From the NCBI RefSeq assembly GCF_963506605.1, contig NC_083292.1, positions 39,742,001 to 39,806,000 on the forward strand: 64,000 nucleotides of DNA, given 5' to 3'. Source of the DNA: Zootoca vivipara. Lineage: Eukaryota. A program made the position numbers and the translations under genes. Positions 61,107 through 64,000 of the stretch are shown here, in pieces (position 1 is the first letter of the stretch; each line of letters opens with the position of its first letter). The notes below the pieces were generated by a model that had not been told where the DNA came from, made no database searches, and worked only from the letters and a program-made list of their open reading frames with translations.

Positions 61107-62648
61107 CTTTTTTGGGGGGGGGGTGTCTGTGTGGGGAGGGAGAGAGAAAGTCTGCTTCCCAAGGATGGATGTCTGCAGCAAGGAAAACTCCACAGGCGCT
61201 GTTTTCTCTCCGGCTTCTGTCAATAGCCGAGTGCTCTCCTCCCAGCTCTCGCTATCCTAATTTATAGCCCCTTCAAAATAAATAAATAACTAAATCCCCA
61301 CCAACCCGGCAGAGGAGAGGCAAACGTCAGCATAGCTTCCTCGAGGAGAGGAAAAAAAAACCATGACCAACCATCACTGCCTGCCCCCCCCCCACTGCCC
61401 TGCCCCTTGTTTTAAGTCGCAGGCGAAAGGGAACTGCACAGCAAAGAGATTTGCAAGGTGGCGGGTGGGGAAAGGAAAATGGGGAGAAATCCAATTTGGT
61501 CGCTCAGCGAATGTCCCTGCGGGGAAGTGGCCAGCCTTGAAAGGGCTGGGATGCTTTCAGAGCCGGCTCTGTCATTGGGTGATGCGCAGAGGTGGCCCTT
61601 AGCACCTGGCTTGCGATGGACACATTGTGAGGTTTCGGCTTCTCACTGGGAGACCCACCGCCAACATCTTGGGGTCCATCTTATACCTCATCTGTGTGGA
61701 TTTTTGCAAAGGGGTTCCGCCCAATGGAATGTGACTTTGTGCATGTAGTTTGCCCAATATCACGTTTGCTAGATGAGGCCATGTAGTTCAGCATCCTGAT
61801 AGCCCTCTCCTCCTCCACAAATGTGTCCATCACTCTTTTAAAGCCATCCCAGTTGTTTACTGTTGCTGCCTCCAGTGGCAGGGAGTTCCAGAGTTTAACT
61901 AAGTGCTGTGTGGAGAAGAGATTTCTTTTCTCTGTCCTGAATCTTCCAAACATTTGGCTCTTTCAGGAGAGGCCAGCTTCATCGGGTCCCCTCTCCCCAC
62001 AGCTGTCACCAGGGTGCAGCCCTACCCCCCCCCCGGCTGTGCCAGATTTACGTATAAGCTAAACAAGCTCTAGCTTAGGATCCCACTCTCTGGGGCCCCC
62101 AAAACTTTTTAAAGGAAAAACAACAACTGGATGTACATTTCCAAACATGGGTGTAGACAGGGGGGGGCAGGAGGGGGCAGCTGCCCCCCCCTAGAAGCAA
62201 AAAATTATTGTATTTTACAGACCATAACCAATACTTTGCCCCTCCAAAAACTGAAGTGGAAAGGGCTTTGCTTTAGCAAGAGCAGCTCTCCACTTGCTGG
62301 GGGCGGGAACACAGCTGTAACAAAAACACATCAAATAAATAAAGCAAAGTGGCTACCAGTACTTAAGCAGTTAAGACAATGGAGCAGAATATCCCTTCAG
62401 GCAAGGTCCACCCTATTCACCCTATTGTTATTCAGTGGGAGTTGTTAATGGGCATTCAGGGATCGCATTAACAGTTCTATTGGCGATTTAATGAGGGTGC
62501 AGAGGATTCAATTTGACTAAGGTGGCCCTGCAAGGCTAAAAGGAAGTGAATAAGAAGGGGGGGCTGTAGCTTTGATAGACACAGTGATGTTTATAAAAAG
62601 CATTGGTGTTCCAGTCTGCCCCTCCTCCTGCATCTGTATACTGTAAAT

Positions 62649-62984
62649 CAGGGGTGGCCACCTCCCAAGAGACTCTGATCTACTCACAGAGTTAAAAACT
62701 GGGAGTGATCTACCCCCTTTTGGGGGGTTCAGGTCAAAGCTGTTGAGTTTTTTTAAGGAAGGGAAGCCCTGTTTTGGGGGGTTTAGGTCAAACTTGTTGA
62801 GCTTCTTTTAGGAGGGAGGGAGGCCCATTTTTGTTTAGGGCTTCAGGTCATAGTTCAGCTTTTTTTAGGGAGGAGGAAAAATTTGGGTGAGCTTTTTTTA
62901 GGGGTGCCAGTGATCTAGCAGTGATCTACCACAGACATCCAGTGATCTACTGGTAGATCACAATCTACCTGTTGGATGTGCCTG
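62649..62984. mobile_element. hAT-like non-autonomous element
   Basis: CAGGGGTGGCCA...TGGATGTGCCTG with perfect 8-bp TSD CTGTAAAT; internal repeats of GATCTAC and AGGTCAAA...GAG(T/C)TTTTT. Confidence 0.75.
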
Positions 62985-63044
62985 CTGTAAATCAAGCAGA
63001 GAGAAAGCTGCTTACAAGGCTCCTGTACAGGTGTACCGGTATCT

Positions 63045-64000
63045 TCCTCTTGCTGCAGAGTTCTAGCATCACAGCGTCACCCAGAGGCACCCACAAATGT
63101 GAGTTATCCCTCTCTCTATTTCTTCCTTCCTTTCCTCCCTCTTCCATCCTCAATAAAATACTTGGGGGGGGGGGCAGATAAGCCCCACATAGAAAGCCCA
63201 TCAACATGGGGGGGAGGACTCTTTAAAATACAGTATTTACCAGTAATTTCTTTTGGGGGGGGAGGCACCTAGGCCTCTAGGAGTTGGCTGCTATGCCTAG
63301 GACAATTCAAGAAAGCAGAATCATGCATATGCTATGGTAATATATCAATAGAATCATGGAATTGTAGTCGGAAGGGACCACAAGGGTCATCTAGTCCAAC
63401 CCCCTGCAATGCAGGAATTTTTCCCCAATGTGGGGCTTGAACCCACAACATGGTTGAAATATTATGCTGATATGCAGCAACGCCTCGGAGCCATCGAGAC
63501 TGCGGCCCTGTCTTGCCTCGCCCTCGCCTGCCCTGCCACCCCCTCTCCCCTGCCCGACCCTCCCATCCTCTTGCTGCAGAGTTCCAGCTTCACAGCATCA
63601 CCCAGAGGCACCCACAAATATGAGGTATCCCTCTCTCTATTATTCCTTCCTTCCCTCCCTCTTCCATCCTTAATAAAATACTGGGGGGGGCAGATAAGCC
63701 CCACATAGAAAGCCCATCAACATGGGGGGGATGACTCTTTCACATACGGTATTTACTAGTAATTGGGGGGGGGGAGGCACCTAGGCCTCTAGGAGTTGGC
63801 TGCTATGCCTAGGAGTAGGACAATTCAAGAAAGCAGAATGATGCATATGCTATGGCAATATATCAATAGAATCATAGAATTGTAGTCGGAAGGGACCACA
63901 AGGGTCATCTAGTCCAACCCCCTGCAATGCAGGAATTTTTTCCTAAGGTGGGGCTTGAACCCACAACATGGTTGAAATATTATGCTGATATGCAGCAACG
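63045..64000. repeat. Tandem duplication, period about 520 bp, running to the window end
   Basis: 63045-63482 is repeated with high identity at 63566-64000 (TCCTCTTGCTGCAGAG ... GCTGATATGCAGCAACG). Confidence 0.9.

Overview
Vertebrate genomic DNA, most likely from a lacertid-type lizard (Sauria SINEs, RTE-BovB, reptile L1/CR1, many hAT and Tc1/mariner MITEs). Joining exons by hand at GT-AG junctions with consistent phase gives four genes. (1) The first four coding exons of MRPL9 (-). (2) A complete 5-exon ornithine decarboxylase antizyme 3 (OAZ3, +), largely missed by the ORF track because it needs a +1 frameshift at TCC-TGA-G (9565-9571) and probably starts at a CUG (8130). (3) A complete TDRKH/TDRD2 piRNA-pathway gene (-, 12 coding exons, about 733 aa) with a long acidic Ser-rich tail. 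(4) An intact 14-exon, about 635-aa class-7 (SEMA7A-like) semaphorin (-) with a GPI-type C-terminus and no RGD motif. It sits in the MRPL9-OAZ3-TDRKH block rather than at the SEMA7A locus, so it is a candidate second class-7 semaphorin lost in mammals. Other notable structure: a minimal hammerhead ribozyme in a Penelope-type hairpin, an inverted copy of a TDRKH exon/intron segment that preserves a MITE empty site, a near-full-length BovB LINE, and a CCAAT-dense CpG promoter. All homology calls are from memory of the families, not from database searches.
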